NCBI GenBank assembly: GCA_964472015.1
Contig: CAYYIP010000002.1
Span: 48,977 to 112,976, forward strand
Direction: 5' to 3'
Length of the DNA stretch: 64,000 bases
From: an uncultured Hyphomicrobiales bacterium
Lineage (GTDB): Bacteria; Bacteroidota; Ignavibacteria; Kapaibacteriales; UBA2268
Below, piece after piece: positions 39,901 to 49,574 of this stretch (position 1 is its first letter; each line of letters starts with the position of its first letter). A model generated the notes under the pieces. That model was not told the DNA's origin and ran no database searches. It saw nothing but the letters and a program-made list of their open reading frames with translations. A program made the translations under genes and the position numbers.

Positions 39901-40786
39901 AATTCATTATATGAATTATCGTGAGTTTTTTAATAAAGATAACTCTTTATTAAATCCAAATGATACTTTAAAAATTCCTTTAAGATTTATACCTTTTGAT
40001 ATAGGAAAGAAAAATGCAATATTAAAAATAGAACATGATTATAACGATTTATTGTTAAAATCTAATTTATTTGGAGAAGGTATTAATATAATTATAGATA
40101 CTATTAGGTGTTATATAAATAACATAGAGGGTGAGGTTGGACAAAAAGTAGAACTTCCTATTTATTATAAAACGGAGACTAATTGGCAGAATTTATCAAT
40201 AAATAAATTATTTGTTACCTTGGTTTTTAATTCTTCTATGTTAGCGCCTATTAATGAATCTAATGAAATAGATATTATTGCTGATATTATAGATAGTAAT
40301 AGAAGACGTAGTTTACTTATTGCATTACCTTATAAGCCGGGCGAACAAGTTTTTAATGGACTACGTTTTATTGTTGCATTAGGAAACAATACTCATACTA
40401 ATTTAGAATTGAAATATTCTTATTGTGAAGGGAATTCAAGAGTTTATATAGAAACAATAGGTGCTAATTTTGAATTAAAGAATATTTGTAATGCTGATGG
40501 CGAAAGGTTATTTGATGAATATGGACGTTTTAATTTAATGCAGAATACGCCTAATCCGGTAATTTCAACAACAAAAATAAATTATGAAATTTTAGAGAAT
40601 GGATATGTTTCGTTAAAATTATTTGATATTAGAGGTGTTTTTGTAAAAAATTTATTTGAAGGAAGAGTTACAAAAGGGAATTATAGTATAGAGTTGAATG
40701 CTAATGAATTAGAACCTGGAACATATTTTTATATATTAGAAACTAAAACTCAAAGAAAAACTAAAGTATTGACTATTAGTAATTAA
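36971..40786 (+). CDS. Large modular T9SS-secreted protein: VWA-like + Ig-like + WD40 propeller + Ig/cohesin-like + CTD
   Basis: Signal peptide; DISEYPIVKAKF/VALLSFD VWA-like region; WD40 units (HTNLINTGTFSFDGKRVLSASNDKTAIIWN); CTD LMQNTPNP...LFDIRGVFVK...LEPGTYFYILET...TKVLTI. Confidence 0.82.
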   Translation: MILMRKIIFKLIVYIVWIGFYSFNSYAALTMLSKDISEYPIVKAKFLPIDNWNRIVPELSKSEFLFLDNGIEMPINSFTGCIIPSQSASVAISFDLSIGHREGNNIDFDYSKQLLEQYLSFINMDSTEVALLSFDKISIIESDFTSETNELATIVNNFKQSSYANIYSGLTSLQTGAIDFLLNSTKNIKSILLVTQNLVSKDEAELIIAKAKLNNIKINILYISDYIPYNIQYIADMTGGYVVSKTEIEKKRLAMLASMAKISEGVIPYTISGKSFENCDGIHTFTIKNLTYLACSFDAKINRENLQYIEAKPEWLSFASIKPGTTFEKTIIFTVKNSSVSITDIKLTHPDFSIKSITPNIPVVLVPEETIEVKVEFAPKDSSIVFSQLIIVSNACYGDTINITGGYPNSPPKTSTVDIIKPICDEVLVIGDTMEIKWTGLLPKDVIQLEYSFTGKNNKWDTLAKNVTNLHYKWPVPNVETDSFCIKAIQLWPNNVYKTYNLHHNTYVRTAFFNNSGEKVITTSADSVFIWNASGNVFDKPLYTFGGLNDSATWAIYVFDHMAMEDKYVGVTAGSYVYLYDINNNYNLLWSYNLDSSVNSIELSNDSKYAVVSANNGYATIFETNTGKIVSKCKLSSQTCRYAQFHPNKYEIMTISSNDGIIRFYDINGKKIDSIDAKEGAIVAYSRHATYNYNGTKIAFANISKKKISVYDRNTKQLLYSIKHPPVFSTETEILFSNFFFDGVNEYLLTSGNQDNVMRRWYASNGVSTEKDDMFDLHTNLINTGTFSFDGKRVLSASNDKTAIIWNLDQRILQADTTCLLRIGRAKAAITNDTIYLGETFINELNVRTFNNIISNICDFKYNIRSIRIIGRDAVDFGIIDELNMPYMFAADSKLKLNLFFKPTAIGERFSTLEIIIPADTIYVVLKGIGIPNGLNIITNLIDFKEVFIDDIKDSLVSIAVNVSDKVININNIYIEGIHYMNYREFFNKDNSLLNPNDTLKIPLRFIPFDIGKKNAILKIEHDYNDLLLKSNLFGEGINIIIDTIRCYINNIEGEVGQKVELPIYYKTETNWQNLSINKLFVTLVFNSSMLAPINESNEIDIIADIIDSNRRRSLLIALPYKPGEQVFNGLRFIVALGNNTHTNLELKYSYCEGNSRVYIETIGANFELKNICNADGERLFDEYGRFNLMQNTPNPVISTTKINYEILENGYVSLKLFDIRGVFVKNLFEGRVTKGNYSIELNANELEPGTYFYILETKTQRKTKVLTISN

Positions 40787-40857
40787 TTTTTGTATAAATG
40801 TATATAATATTAAAAAATAGAATTATATTATATTATTTAGATTATAACTTGTAGATT

Positions 40858-42138
40858 ATGAGAAATATTAAAACTTATTTTATTAGATGTATTTTTTTTA
40901 TATTACTTAGTATTTTTATGATATCTTGTAATGAGGATCCTACTAATATAGCTATGAGATTTTTACAAGATACTGTTACTGTTGTTTATATGTCTGATGA
41001 AGAAGGTAGTATTTTATCTTGTGATTCTAATTATATTATAGAGCGTGCTACTAATAATACAGGTGCTGTTTTAATTGGGTGTACAGATAAAATAAAGGCT
41101 GCTACAGTTTTAAGATTTGATTTTCCCCCTGAACACGGATGGATTAATGAAGATGATATAATTTCTTCTGAGTTATTATTATTTCCTTTACATTATGCAA
41201 TAGGTGATACTAATGGATCTAATTATTTAAGTTTTGATATAAAAAAAGTTATAAATAGATGGACTTTTGAGGATACAAAAGCTGATGATATATTAAATAG
41301 TGATATGTTATATGATAATCATATCTTAGCTTCTTGGTCTGGAAATATTAAATATAAAGATACAGTTAATAAAGATTCACTTGATACTATTGCTATTAAT
41401 ATACCAAAATCTTTATGTGTGGAGTGGTTTAAAAAACGTAATGTTATGCCGACTGATTCTACGCCTGATAGTGAAATTACTTGGGGAATTGCTTTAATTC
41501 CGAAAAATGATTGTTCAGTAATTAATTCTTTTAAAGCAGCAGGGAATGTGTATCCTACGGGTTCTATTATGAGAGTTGTATACAAGAAAATGCTAAATAA
41601 TGGTTTGGATACTAATATAACATTAGAAGTACCGGCAGGAATTTCTACTAAATTTGTAATTTTGGATGAGGTATTAAATAATAAAGATTTAATAATACAA
41701 TCAGGCGTAAAAGTTCATACTAGATTAAATTTTGATATTTCAAGTATACCGAATTTAGCTAGTACTAATTTAGCCGAACTAACTTTAACTATGGATACAA
41801 GTCGTTCTTATTGGGGAAATGAGGGAATTGATACAGTGTTTAGATTAGGGTTATTTACTGATTTATCTTATGAATTTAATAATGCAGAACCTGCATTAGT
41901 TTGTTATGGAAGAAGAATGGAAGGAACAAATCAATATATATTTCGTAGTGCAGAAATAATGTTAATGTACTTATTAAATTCACAAGAAGGGAAGGGAAGT
42001 CTTGTACTGATGCCAAACTCATCTATAAATGATGCTAATACATTAAATAGATATGTATTTTATGGAAATGATGAAAAAGATGAGAGGTTACGACCAAAAT
42101 TGAAATTAATTTATTCTTATTTAGAACAATCTAAATAG
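40858..42138 (+). CDS. Outer-membrane lipoprotein, DUF4270-like
   Basis: Lipobox MISC followed by NEDPT; LIG...ATVLRFD; C-terminal FYGNDEKDERLRPKLKLIYS; family call tentative. Confidence 0.55.
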   Translation: MRNIKTYFIRCIFFILLSIFMISCNEDPTNIAMRFLQDTVTVVYMSDEEGSILSCDSNYIIERATNNTGAVLIGCTDKIKAATVLRFDFPPEHGWINEDDIISSELLLFPLHYAIGDTNGSNYLSFDIKKVINRWTFEDTKADDILNSDMLYDNHILASWSGNIKYKDTVNKDSLDTIAINIPKSLCVEWFKKRNVMPTDSTPDSEITWGIALIPKNDCSVINSFKAAGNVYPTGSIMRVVYKKMLNNGLDTNITLEVPAGISTKFVILDEVLNNKDLIIQSGVKVHTRLNFDISSIPNLASTNLAELTLTMDTSRSYWGNEGIDTVFRLGLFTDLSYEFNNAEPALVCYGRRMEGTNQYIFRSAEIMLMYLLNSQEGKGSLVLMPNSSINDANTLNRYVFYGNDEKDERLRPKLKLIYSYLEQSK

Positions 42139-42202
42139 TTAGAATTAATTATATTAATAAATTATGATATATTTTTAATAATTATTTTATAGAGAATATA
42201 AT

Positions 42203-42796
42203 ATGAAATCAAGAAAAATTATTAATTTATCAGTTTTTATATTTCTATGTTTTTTTATATTTTCCTGCAATAAAAGTCAAATAAATGCAAAAAATTCTTC
42301 TATTGAGGTTAATAAAGTTTATGAAATAGCAGAAATTACTAATTCTGCAGAGGGACAAATTACTGACTTTACGTTTTATAATGCTCAGAACGAGAAAGTT
42401 TCATTATCGTCCATTGTTAAAAACAAGTTTGTATTTCTTAATTTTTGGGCTACGTGGTGTCCGCCATGTCGTGCTGAAATTCCAGCTATAATTGAATTAC
42501 AATCCGAATTTATGGACAAAGATTTTATAGTAATTGGTATTGCTATAGAAAGAGAAAGAACTGTTGACAAGCAAAAAGAAAAAGTTCAAAATTATGTTAC
42601 AAATAATAAAATAAATTATATGAATTTTGTTGCTAATGATGAATTAAAACAAAAGCTTGCAGAAGCTTATGGTGGCATACAATATATTCCTACTACTTTT
42701 TTAATTGATAAAAAAGGGAAAATTATTGAAAAAATTCAAGGTGGTCGTGAAAAGAAAGAATTTAAAACTGCCATCGAAAATATTATGAAAAAATAA
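42203..42796 (+). CDS. TlpA/ResA-family thiol-disulfide oxidoreductase lipoprotein
   Basis: Lipobox IFSC; LNFWATWCPPCRAEIP; YIPTTFLID. Confidence 0.92.
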   Translation: MKSRKIINLSVFIFLCFFIFSCNKSQINAKNSSIEVNKVYEIAEITNSAEGQITDFTFYNAQNEKVSLSSIVKNKFVFLNFWATWCPPCRAEIPAIIELQSEFMDKDFIVIGIAIERERTVDKQKEKVQNYVTNNKINYMNFVANDELKQKLAEAYGGIQYIPTTFLIDKKGKIIEKIQGGREKKEFKTAIENIMKK

Positions 42797-42834
42797 TAAA
42801 TTTATTTAAATTAAAATAATAAGACGAGTGTATA

Positions 42835-43323
42835 TTGTTTAAAAATTCCGTATATGAAATCATAGAGATTGTAGAACTGGAAGAGTGGGATTTTAAGGAT
42901 TTCATATTTTATGATGATAATAATAATGTTCTTTTTTCTTCTTTAGCAGAAAATAAATTTATTATTCTTAATTTTTGGGCGACTTGGTGTATGCCATGTA
43001 GAGATGAGATATATAAGTTTGTTATATTACAGGAAGAATATAAAAAAGATATAATTTTTTGTGGTATTGCTTTTGAAAAAGGTGATATTAAAACAAAGAG
43101 AAAAAAACTAGAGACTTTTGTAAAATTTAATAAATTAAATTATATAAATTTTATAATGTCTGATATTATTAAAAATGATATATCTAAACTTTATGGAGGA
43201 ATAGAATTTATTCCAACAACATTTTTTATAAACAAAGAGAAAAAAATTATTAGTATCATAGATGGAGTTAAATCTTCATTAGAAGAACTTAGAACTATTA
43301 TTAATAATATAATTAATTATTAA
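42835..43323 (+). CDS. Second TlpA-family oxidoreductase, tandem paralogue without a signal peptide
   Basis: LNFWATWCMPCRDEI; FIPTTFFIN; TTG start with an in-frame TAA at 42820-42822 just upstream. Confidence 0.8.
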   Translation: MFKNSVYEIIEIVELEEWDFKDFIFYDDNNNVLFSSLAENKFIILNFWATWCMPCRDEIYKFVILQEEYKKDIIFCGIAFEKGDIKTKRKKLETFVKFNKLNYINFIMSDIIKNDISKLYGGIEFIPTTFFINKEKKIISIIDGVKSSLEELRTIINNIINY

Positions 43324-43372
43324 AATATAAAAATAATTAAAAATAAAGAGTAACTATTAGTAATAATTAGTA

Positions 43373-43410
43373 ATACTGCGAATTATATTTTTTAGTATAG
43401 TTCGCAGTAT
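43373..43410. terminator. Hairpin, possible terminator
   Basis: ATACTGCGAA(TTATA)...(TATAG)TTCGCAGTAT 10-bp perfect stem extendable to 15 bp; no clean U tract. Confidence 0.45.
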
Positions 43411-43484
43411 ATTATATAATTAATAATATAATAATATAATAATATAATGATATAATAAATTTATTTGATAAAATATATAAATAT

Positions 43485-46346
43485 ATGCAAAAATTATTTT
43501 TTATAGTTTGTATTTTTATAAATATTAGTTATTTGTCTTATTCACAAATACTTACACCTTATAACTTAGATTTTGAAGCATCCACTGATAATAATATTAT
43601 AGGTTGGAATTTAAATAAAAAATCTGAGGAGAATGGTTATTATGTTTTTATTAATAATAATAATGTTTATAAAGGGAGTAAGTGTGTTTGTTTAGCACAT
43701 AAGACAAAAAATAATGTAAATAATGCAATATTTTTTCAGAAAATAGATGCCTCTATATATAAAAATAAAAGAGTTAGATTTTCTACAATGGTGCGAGTTG
43801 AAAATAGTAATGATGTACCTTTGCTTTTTATAAATGTAAAAAATTCGGACTTAAAGATAGATGGGATTATGACTGAAAAAAAATATATTTCGTCTGACTG
43901 GTCTAAGTTATCAGTTGAGTTTGATATTGCAAGCAATATTATAGAAATTTCATTTGGAATATTTTATGAATATGCAAATAATCTATTTATAGATAACTGT
44001 GAATTTGATATTGTACGTGGTGATGATAGTTTATATTATGAAAAACCACATAAATTAGAAAGTATAGAAGCGGATTTTCTCAAAAATTTTGCTAATAGTT
44101 ATGGATATATCAAGTATTTTTGTGCGAATAAATCTGTTAGTGAAGCAAATTGGAATGAGATTTTGTTATCGGGTATTAATTTAGCTAAAAATATATCTAA
44201 AACATCTTTAATAGTTGATTCTTTAAATAATTTTTGGCATAAGATTGTAGGACAAGTTAATATTTCAAATGACGGAACAAAAAATGAACTTGTAGAAATA
44301 AATAGTAAACATTTACTTTCTAATATATATAAAGGAATTCCATCTAATATTTGTGAAAATTATTTAACTCAACATAGAATAGTGGATGTAAATGGTACAT
44401 TGAAAGATAAAAGTGGTTATGTTGTTCAATATATTAATAAAATAAAACAATATTGTGGTCAAGAGATAGGAGTTAGTGTTAAATCTAAGGTTAACAGTTT
44501 TTATAATAATCCTTATGCTCATATAGCGCTACGTTTTGAAGATGAATTTGGTAATTTTGTTGATTATAAGAAAAGTGATTCTATATTTTCAAAAGTTTGG
44601 AAGGAATATAATATAATTGCTACTATTCCTGAAAATTCTACAAGAATTGCGATAATTCTTTCGTTTAATGGGTATGGCGAGGCATATTTTGATGATGTAA
44701 ATGTTTTGCTAAAAGATAATAAAGATAATAAAGATGTTCAATATGCAACTATATTAAAAGTTAAGAATAATGGGTTTGAAGAATATATCCCATTCGGACA
44801 AGATAATTGGATGATAGCTAATGAGACTATACAAGGTGAATATAATGTATATTATTCTAACGAGGAGAAATATACGGGTAATAAATCTTTGATAATTTAT
44901 ACTAATAAAGAAGAAGTACCTTATATGCCAAGAAATAATGATTTTATTTGTGAGAAGTTATCTGATAGTATTTATATTAAAATGCCTCTTGTAGTTGCAG
45001 CTGATTTTAAAAAATATATTGAAAATGATACTTTAAAATTTGATTATAATACTTATCCTGAAGTAGAACCATTTAAGTTTACAACAAATAAAAAAGAAGG
45101 ATTTAATTTTTCTTGGTTAGATAGAGCTTCACGAATTGCAATGGTTATTGAAACGTGGAATTATATAAAACATTTTTCTTTAGGAAATATTAAAGAGGAA
45201 CAATTGAATGATATTTTAGAATTTTCGTTAGAACATGCTGCAATATGTAAGTCAAAAATAGAATTCAAAAATATTTTACAAAATATGTTAGATATAACTG
45301 ATGATGTTAGAGCAAGGGCATGGTTTTATGATGATGTATCTGATATGTATAGTTTCCCTTTTTTATTTGAATTTGTAGAAGATAAATTATGTATTATTAA
45401 TAGTGAGTTGTTATATATAGATACCAATGATATAAAGGATATTAAATATGATAATATACAAGTGGGAGATGAAATTATTGCTATTGATGGTATAGAAGTT
45501 AAAGACTTTTTTGAAAAATTAAATTATAATTCAAATAATACTAAGAATATAAATATATATAATAATACGAAAGATGATATAAGTTTTTATAAGGATTGGA
45601 GAACACTACGAGAATTGATGTTATTTAGATTAGGTGAATATAATAGTGAGGTAACATTAAAACTAAAACGTGATTCTTATATTTTTGAGCAAAAAGTGAA
45701 GAGAAATATTCTTGCATCTATGATTACTAATAAAATAATGTATAGAGTTTCTCTTTTTGATACGAATGTTATATATATTAATTTTTCATATGTAGATGAT
45801 AATTTTATTAAAACAAATTTGGATAGTTTGAAAAATTTTGATAAATTTATTTTTGATCTAAGAGGTGATATTTTTGTTTCTGAAGCTTTTTTATCTTTAT
45901 TAATAGAGGATGATAATAGTTATATACAAACGTCTAAGGTTTGTATTCCTGTATTTACTGGACCTGGTAAAAAATATATAAATTATTATAAGCAAGGTGG
46001 AATGTATATGCCAGCTTCTAATAGGTTAAAGGGAAAATTTGTTTTTTTGACTGATTGGCGTACTACAACAAATGGAGAAGCTTTGGTAGCAGCAGTAAAA
46101 GATAATAATATAGGAAAGATAATTGGACAAAGTACGCAAGGTGGAATGTTATATTCAATATCTATACGATTAGATGCTGATTTTTCAATATCTTTAGGGA
46201 CCGCATATGGATATTATCCTAATGGGAAGCTTATTTATAATGCACCTATTCAACCAGATATTGTTATAAATCCAACTATAGAAACTCTAAAAAATAATAG
46301 AGATATTACAATAGAAGAGGCTATTAAGTTTTTAAAAAGTAAATAA
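43485..46346 (+). CDS. S41-family peptidase-like protein with two galactose-binding-like domains and a PDZ-like region
   Basis: Signal peptide; NLDFE..GW and FQKIDASIYKNKRVRF; WNYIKHF; IQVGDEIIAIDG; IFDLRG; IIGQSTQG; IQPDIVINPT. Confidence 0.8.
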   Translation: MQKLFFIVCIFINISYLSYSQILTPYNLDFEASTDNNIIGWNLNKKSEENGYYVFINNNNVYKGSKCVCLAHKTKNNVNNAIFFQKIDASIYKNKRVRFSTMVRVENSNDVPLLFINVKNSDLKIDGIMTEKKYISSDWSKLSVEFDIASNIIEISFGIFYEYANNLFIDNCEFDIVRGDDSLYYEKPHKLESIEADFLKNFANSYGYIKYFCANKSVSEANWNEILLSGINLAKNISKTSLIVDSLNNFWHKIVGQVNISNDGTKNELVEINSKHLLSNIYKGIPSNICENYLTQHRIVDVNGTLKDKSGYVVQYINKIKQYCGQEIGVSVKSKVNSFYNNPYAHIALRFEDEFGNFVDYKKSDSIFSKVWKEYNIIATIPENSTRIAIILSFNGYGEAYFDDVNVLLKDNKDNKDVQYATILKVKNNGFEEYIPFGQDNWMIANETIQGEYNVYYSNEEKYTGNKSLIIYTNKEEVPYMPRNNDFICEKLSDSIYIKMPLVVAADFKKYIENDTLKFDYNTYPEVEPFKFTTNKKEGFNFSWLDRASRIAMVIETWNYIKHFSLGNIKEEQLNDILEFSLEHAAICKSKIEFKNILQNMLDITDDVRARAWFYDDVSDMYSFPFLFEFVEDKLCIINSELLYIDTNDIKDIKYDNIQVGDEIIAIDGIEVKDFFEKLNYNSNNTKNINIYNNTKDDISFYKDWRTLRELMLFRLGEYNSEVTLKLKRDSYIFEQKVKRNILASMITNKIMYRVSLFDTNVIYINFSYVDDNFIKTNLDSLKNFDKFIFDLRGDIFVSEAFLSLLIEDDNSYIQTSKVCIPVFTGPGKKYINYYKQGGMYMPASNRLKGKFVFLTDWRTTTNGEALVAAVKDNNIGKIIGQSTQGGMLYSISIRLDADFSISLGTAYGYYPNGKLIYNAPIQPDIVINPTIETLKNNRDITIEEAIKFLKSK

Positions 46347-46377
46347 TATAAAAAATATAAGAAAATATATTGAGTTT

Positions 46378-47661
46378 ATGAATATTTTATTTAAAAATAT
46401 ACGATTAATTAATCCAATTCAAGATATTAATAATATTGTAAATTTACATATTGTTGATGGAATAATATATAATTGTGATTCTACGGAAGTTGATATAACT
46501 TCTGGTATGCAAGTTTTTGATGCCAAGGAATTAGTTGCAGCGCCTGGATTTATTGATATGCATGTACATTTGCGTGAGCCTGGTTTTACTGATAAAGAAA
46601 CTATTTTGACAGGAGTAGCCGCAGCAGCAAATGGGGGATTTACTGAAGTAGTTTGTATGCCTAATACGTCACCGGCTATTGATGATATAACTATTATTGA
46701 TTATATTAATAATAGAGCAAAAGATTTACCTGTTAAGGTAAGGATTGCAGGTACTATAACTAAAGAAAGAGCAGGACAAAATTTATCACCTATGCTTGAT
46801 TTAAATAGTGCGGGTGCGGTATTTTTTACTGATGATGGGAATTGTGTAAGTAGTGCAGAAGTAATGAAAAGAGCATTTGATTTTGCTGCACCAGATGATT
46901 TATTACTTGCACAACATTGTGAAGAACATTCACTTACAAAAAATTTTTCTGTAAATGAAAGTGAAATTTCTTTAGAATTAGGATTAAAGGGATATCCACG
47001 AATTGCAGAAGAAATTATAATTGAACGTGATATTAAATTAATGGAATATACAGGGAATAGGCGTTATCATATACAACATATTTCTACGGCAGGTGCAGTT
47101 GATATTATTAAAAGAGCTAAAAGTAAAGGACTTCGTGTTTCTTGTGAAGTTACGCCACATCATTTATATTTTGATGATAGTGTTATTAAGAATTATGATA
47201 CTAATTTTAAAATGAATCCGCCATTACGTAAAAAAGAAGATATTGAAATGCTTGTTAAAGGAATAAAGGATGGAACTATTGATTGTATTGCTTCCGATCA
47301 TGCGCCACATTCTTTATACGATTGTGAAGTTGAGTTTGAGAATGCACCTAATGGAATTATTGGATTGGAGACAGAATTAGGTGCTATTCTTACAAAATTA
47401 TATCATTCTGAAAAGATTAATTTGAATAAAATTATAGAATTATTTGCTATTAATCCTCGTAAAATTATGAAATTAGAGCAAATAAAATTTAAAAAAGGAA
47501 ATAATGCTAATATTACTATATTTGCACCAGAAGAGAAATGGACAGTAGATATTAATAATTTCAAATCAAAGTCGATAAATACACCATTCAATAAAGAAGT
47601 TTTTAAAGGACGACCTAAATTTATTATTAATAACAAACAGTTTATAATTTCATCTTTATAA
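46378..47661 (+). CDS. pyrC: Dihydroorotase (long, type I)
   Basis: PGFIDMHVHLREPG, AAANGGFT.V.CMPNT, CEVTPHHL, KMNPPLR, IASDHAPH. Confidence 0.95.
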   Translation: MNILFKNIRLINPIQDINNIVNLHIVDGIIYNCDSTEVDITSGMQVFDAKELVAAPGFIDMHVHLREPGFTDKETILTGVAAAANGGFTEVVCMPNTSPAIDDITIIDYINNRAKDLPVKVRIAGTITKERAGQNLSPMLDLNSAGAVFFTDDGNCVSSAEVMKRAFDFAAPDDLLLAQHCEEHSLTKNFSVNESEISLELGLKGYPRIAEEIIIERDIKLMEYTGNRRYHIQHISTAGAVDIIKRAKSKGLRVSCEVTPHHLYFDDSVIKNYDTNFKMNPPLRKKEDIEMLVKGIKDGTIDCIASDHAPHSLYDCEVEFENAPNGIIGLETELGAILTKLYHSEKINLNKIIELFAINPRKIMKLEQIKFKKGNNANITIFAPEEKWTVDINNFKSKSINTPFNKEVFKGRPKFIINNKQFIISSL

Positions 47662-47747
47662 TTAATAATTAAATTTAAAGACTTTATAAATATTAAATAA
47701 TTGTTTAAATATTTAAATAATTTAGTTAATTATAAAAAAATAATTTT

Positions 47748-48896
47748 ATGACTTTACTTTTTATTTTTTGTTGTTTTGTATATCTTATACGAATTACAGT
47801 TATTTGTGTAGCTTCTTATAAAAGTCGTCAAAAACAAAAAGAGATCGTTGATATAAATAATAATTTGCCATTTGTATCAGTTATTGTGCCTGCAAAGGAC
47901 GAAGAAAATAATATTACTGATTGTTTAGAAGCACTATTAATTTCAAATTATCCTAAGGATAAATTTGAAATTGTTGTTGTAAATGATCGATCTATTGATA
48001 ATACCGGTGAAATAGTTAGTTCTTTTGTTGAAAAGTATAGTAATGTAAAGCAGAAAAATATTTTTGTTCCTAGTGAATTACCTAACTTAAAAGGAAAAGC
48101 AGGTGCAATACAAGCGGGGATTGATGATGCAACTGGGAATATTTTTTTAATGACAGATGCTGATTGTAAGGTTAATAAAAATTGGATATTAGCAATGGTA
48201 TCAAATTTTTTAGATAATAATAATATTATTGATAAAAACATAGGAATGGTTTGTTCGTATACTACTATTAAAAGCAAAGATATATTTGATAAATTTCAAG
48301 ATTCTGAATGGATTTATATGAGTACTTGTGCAAGTGCAGGTATTGGGTTAAATAAAGTTTTAGGATGTTTTGGAAATAATCTTGCGGTTACAAGGGAAGC
48401 ATATGAAAAAATAGGCGGTTATAAAAATATAAATTTTTGTATAACTGAAGATTATATTTTATTAAAAACTATTTTTGATGCTGGATATAAAATAAAATAT
48501 ATTTGTGATAAAAATGCTAATGTAGAGACGCTACCTGTAGAGACTTTAAAAGATTATTTTAGACAACATAAACGATGGGCACTAGGAGGAACTTTATTAG
48601 GATTAAGTGCAGTATTATATGTGTTTTCTACCTGTTGTATTACGGCTTCGTTTATTATTGGTATTTTAGAAATGAATTGGATAATGATTACTATTAATTT
48701 TTTATTAAGACTTGCAGGTGATATTTTTGTATTATTTCCAATTTATAATATATTAAATAAAAGATATTTAAAAAAATGGGTGATTCCTTTTATTGGACTT
48801 TATAGTATAGTAGAAGTATTAGTACCTTTTACACTTATAAATAGAAAAGTTATTTGGAAGAATCAAATTTTTAATATTAAAGTAAAAAATGAATAA
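47748..48896 (+). CDS. Membrane GT2 glycosyltransferase (D,D,D,QxxRW type)
   Basis: VSVIVPAKDEE, VNDRSID, MTDADC, GNNLAV, ITED, QHKRWALG; N- and C-terminal TM helices. Confidence 0.9.
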   Translation: MTLLFIFCCFVYLIRITVICVASYKSRQKQKEIVDINNNLPFVSVIVPAKDEENNITDCLEALLISNYPKDKFEIVVVNDRSIDNTGEIVSSFVEKYSNVKQKNIFVPSELPNLKGKAGAIQAGIDDATGNIFLMTDADCKVNKNWILAMVSNFLDNNNIIDKNIGMVCSYTTIKSKDIFDKFQDSEWIYMSTCASAGIGLNKVLGCFGNNLAVTREAYEKIGGYKNINFCITEDYILLKTIFDAGYKIKYICDKNANVETLPVETLKDYFRQHKRWALGGTLLGLSAVLYVFSTCCITASFIIGILEMNWIMITINFLLRLAGDIFVLFPIYNILNKRYLKKWVIPFIGLYSIVEVLVPFTLINRKVIWKNQIFNIKVKNE

Positions 48897-48973
48897 TCGA
48901 TTATTTAATATTAAACTATAAATCGTATTAAAACTATGAATAAACATATATTATAATTATTAAGAGGTTAAAA

Positions 48974-49333
48974 ATGTTAAAAAAATTATGTATAGTTTTA
49001 TTTATTGCATTATTTGCTGCTAATCTTTTTGCAAGAGATATACAAAAAGTTGAATTAAAAGTTAATTCTATTGATTGTAAAAAATGTAAAAATAAAATTG
49101 AAAAAGTTTTAAAAAAGATTAATGGTGTAAAAAATGTAAAAGTTGAATTAAAAAACAAAACAGTTAATGTTTCTTTCGATAGAGATATTATGGAGATGAA
49201 TGTTATTATTGATAATCTTACATCAATGGGTTATGAAGGTATTGAAATACTAAATTATAATCCGCAACAAAAAGTTGATAAAAATATTAAAGAAGAAAAA
49301 AATAAAAGTTCTGAACGTAAGCATAATAAATAG
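48974..49333 (+). CDS. Exported heavy-metal-associated (HMA) domain protein, MerP/CopZ-like
   Basis: Signal peptide; SIDCKKCKNKIEKVL...GVKNVKVEL; GAGGT 6 nt before the ATG. Confidence 0.85.
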   Translation: MLKKLCIVLFIALFAANLFARDIQKVELKVNSIDCKKCKNKIEKVLKKINGVKNVKVELKNKTVNVSFDRDIMEMNVIIDNLTSMGYEGIEILNYNPQQKVDKNIKEEKNKSSERKHNK

Positions 49334-49378
49334 TTAATTAATAATAATTATTTATTATATATAGTAAATATAGAAAAG

Positions 49379-49416
49379 AAAAAGACGACTTAACTGATAA
49401 TTAAGTCGTCTTTTTT
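49379..49416. terminator. Bidirectional Rho-independent terminator
   Basis: AAAAAGACGACTTAA-CTGATAA-TTAAGTCGTCTTTTT between convergent HMA and Nudix genes. Confidence 0.85.
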
Positions 49417-49574
49417 ATTTTTCTTTTATATTTTTCTTTAAAATTCTTAAACAATAATATAATAATTTATAAAATAATAATTTATAAAAACATTATAATT
49501 AAAATTATATATATTGTATAAAAAGAATTAAATATATTTATTATATTTTGTAATGAGTTAAACAATAATTTAAA

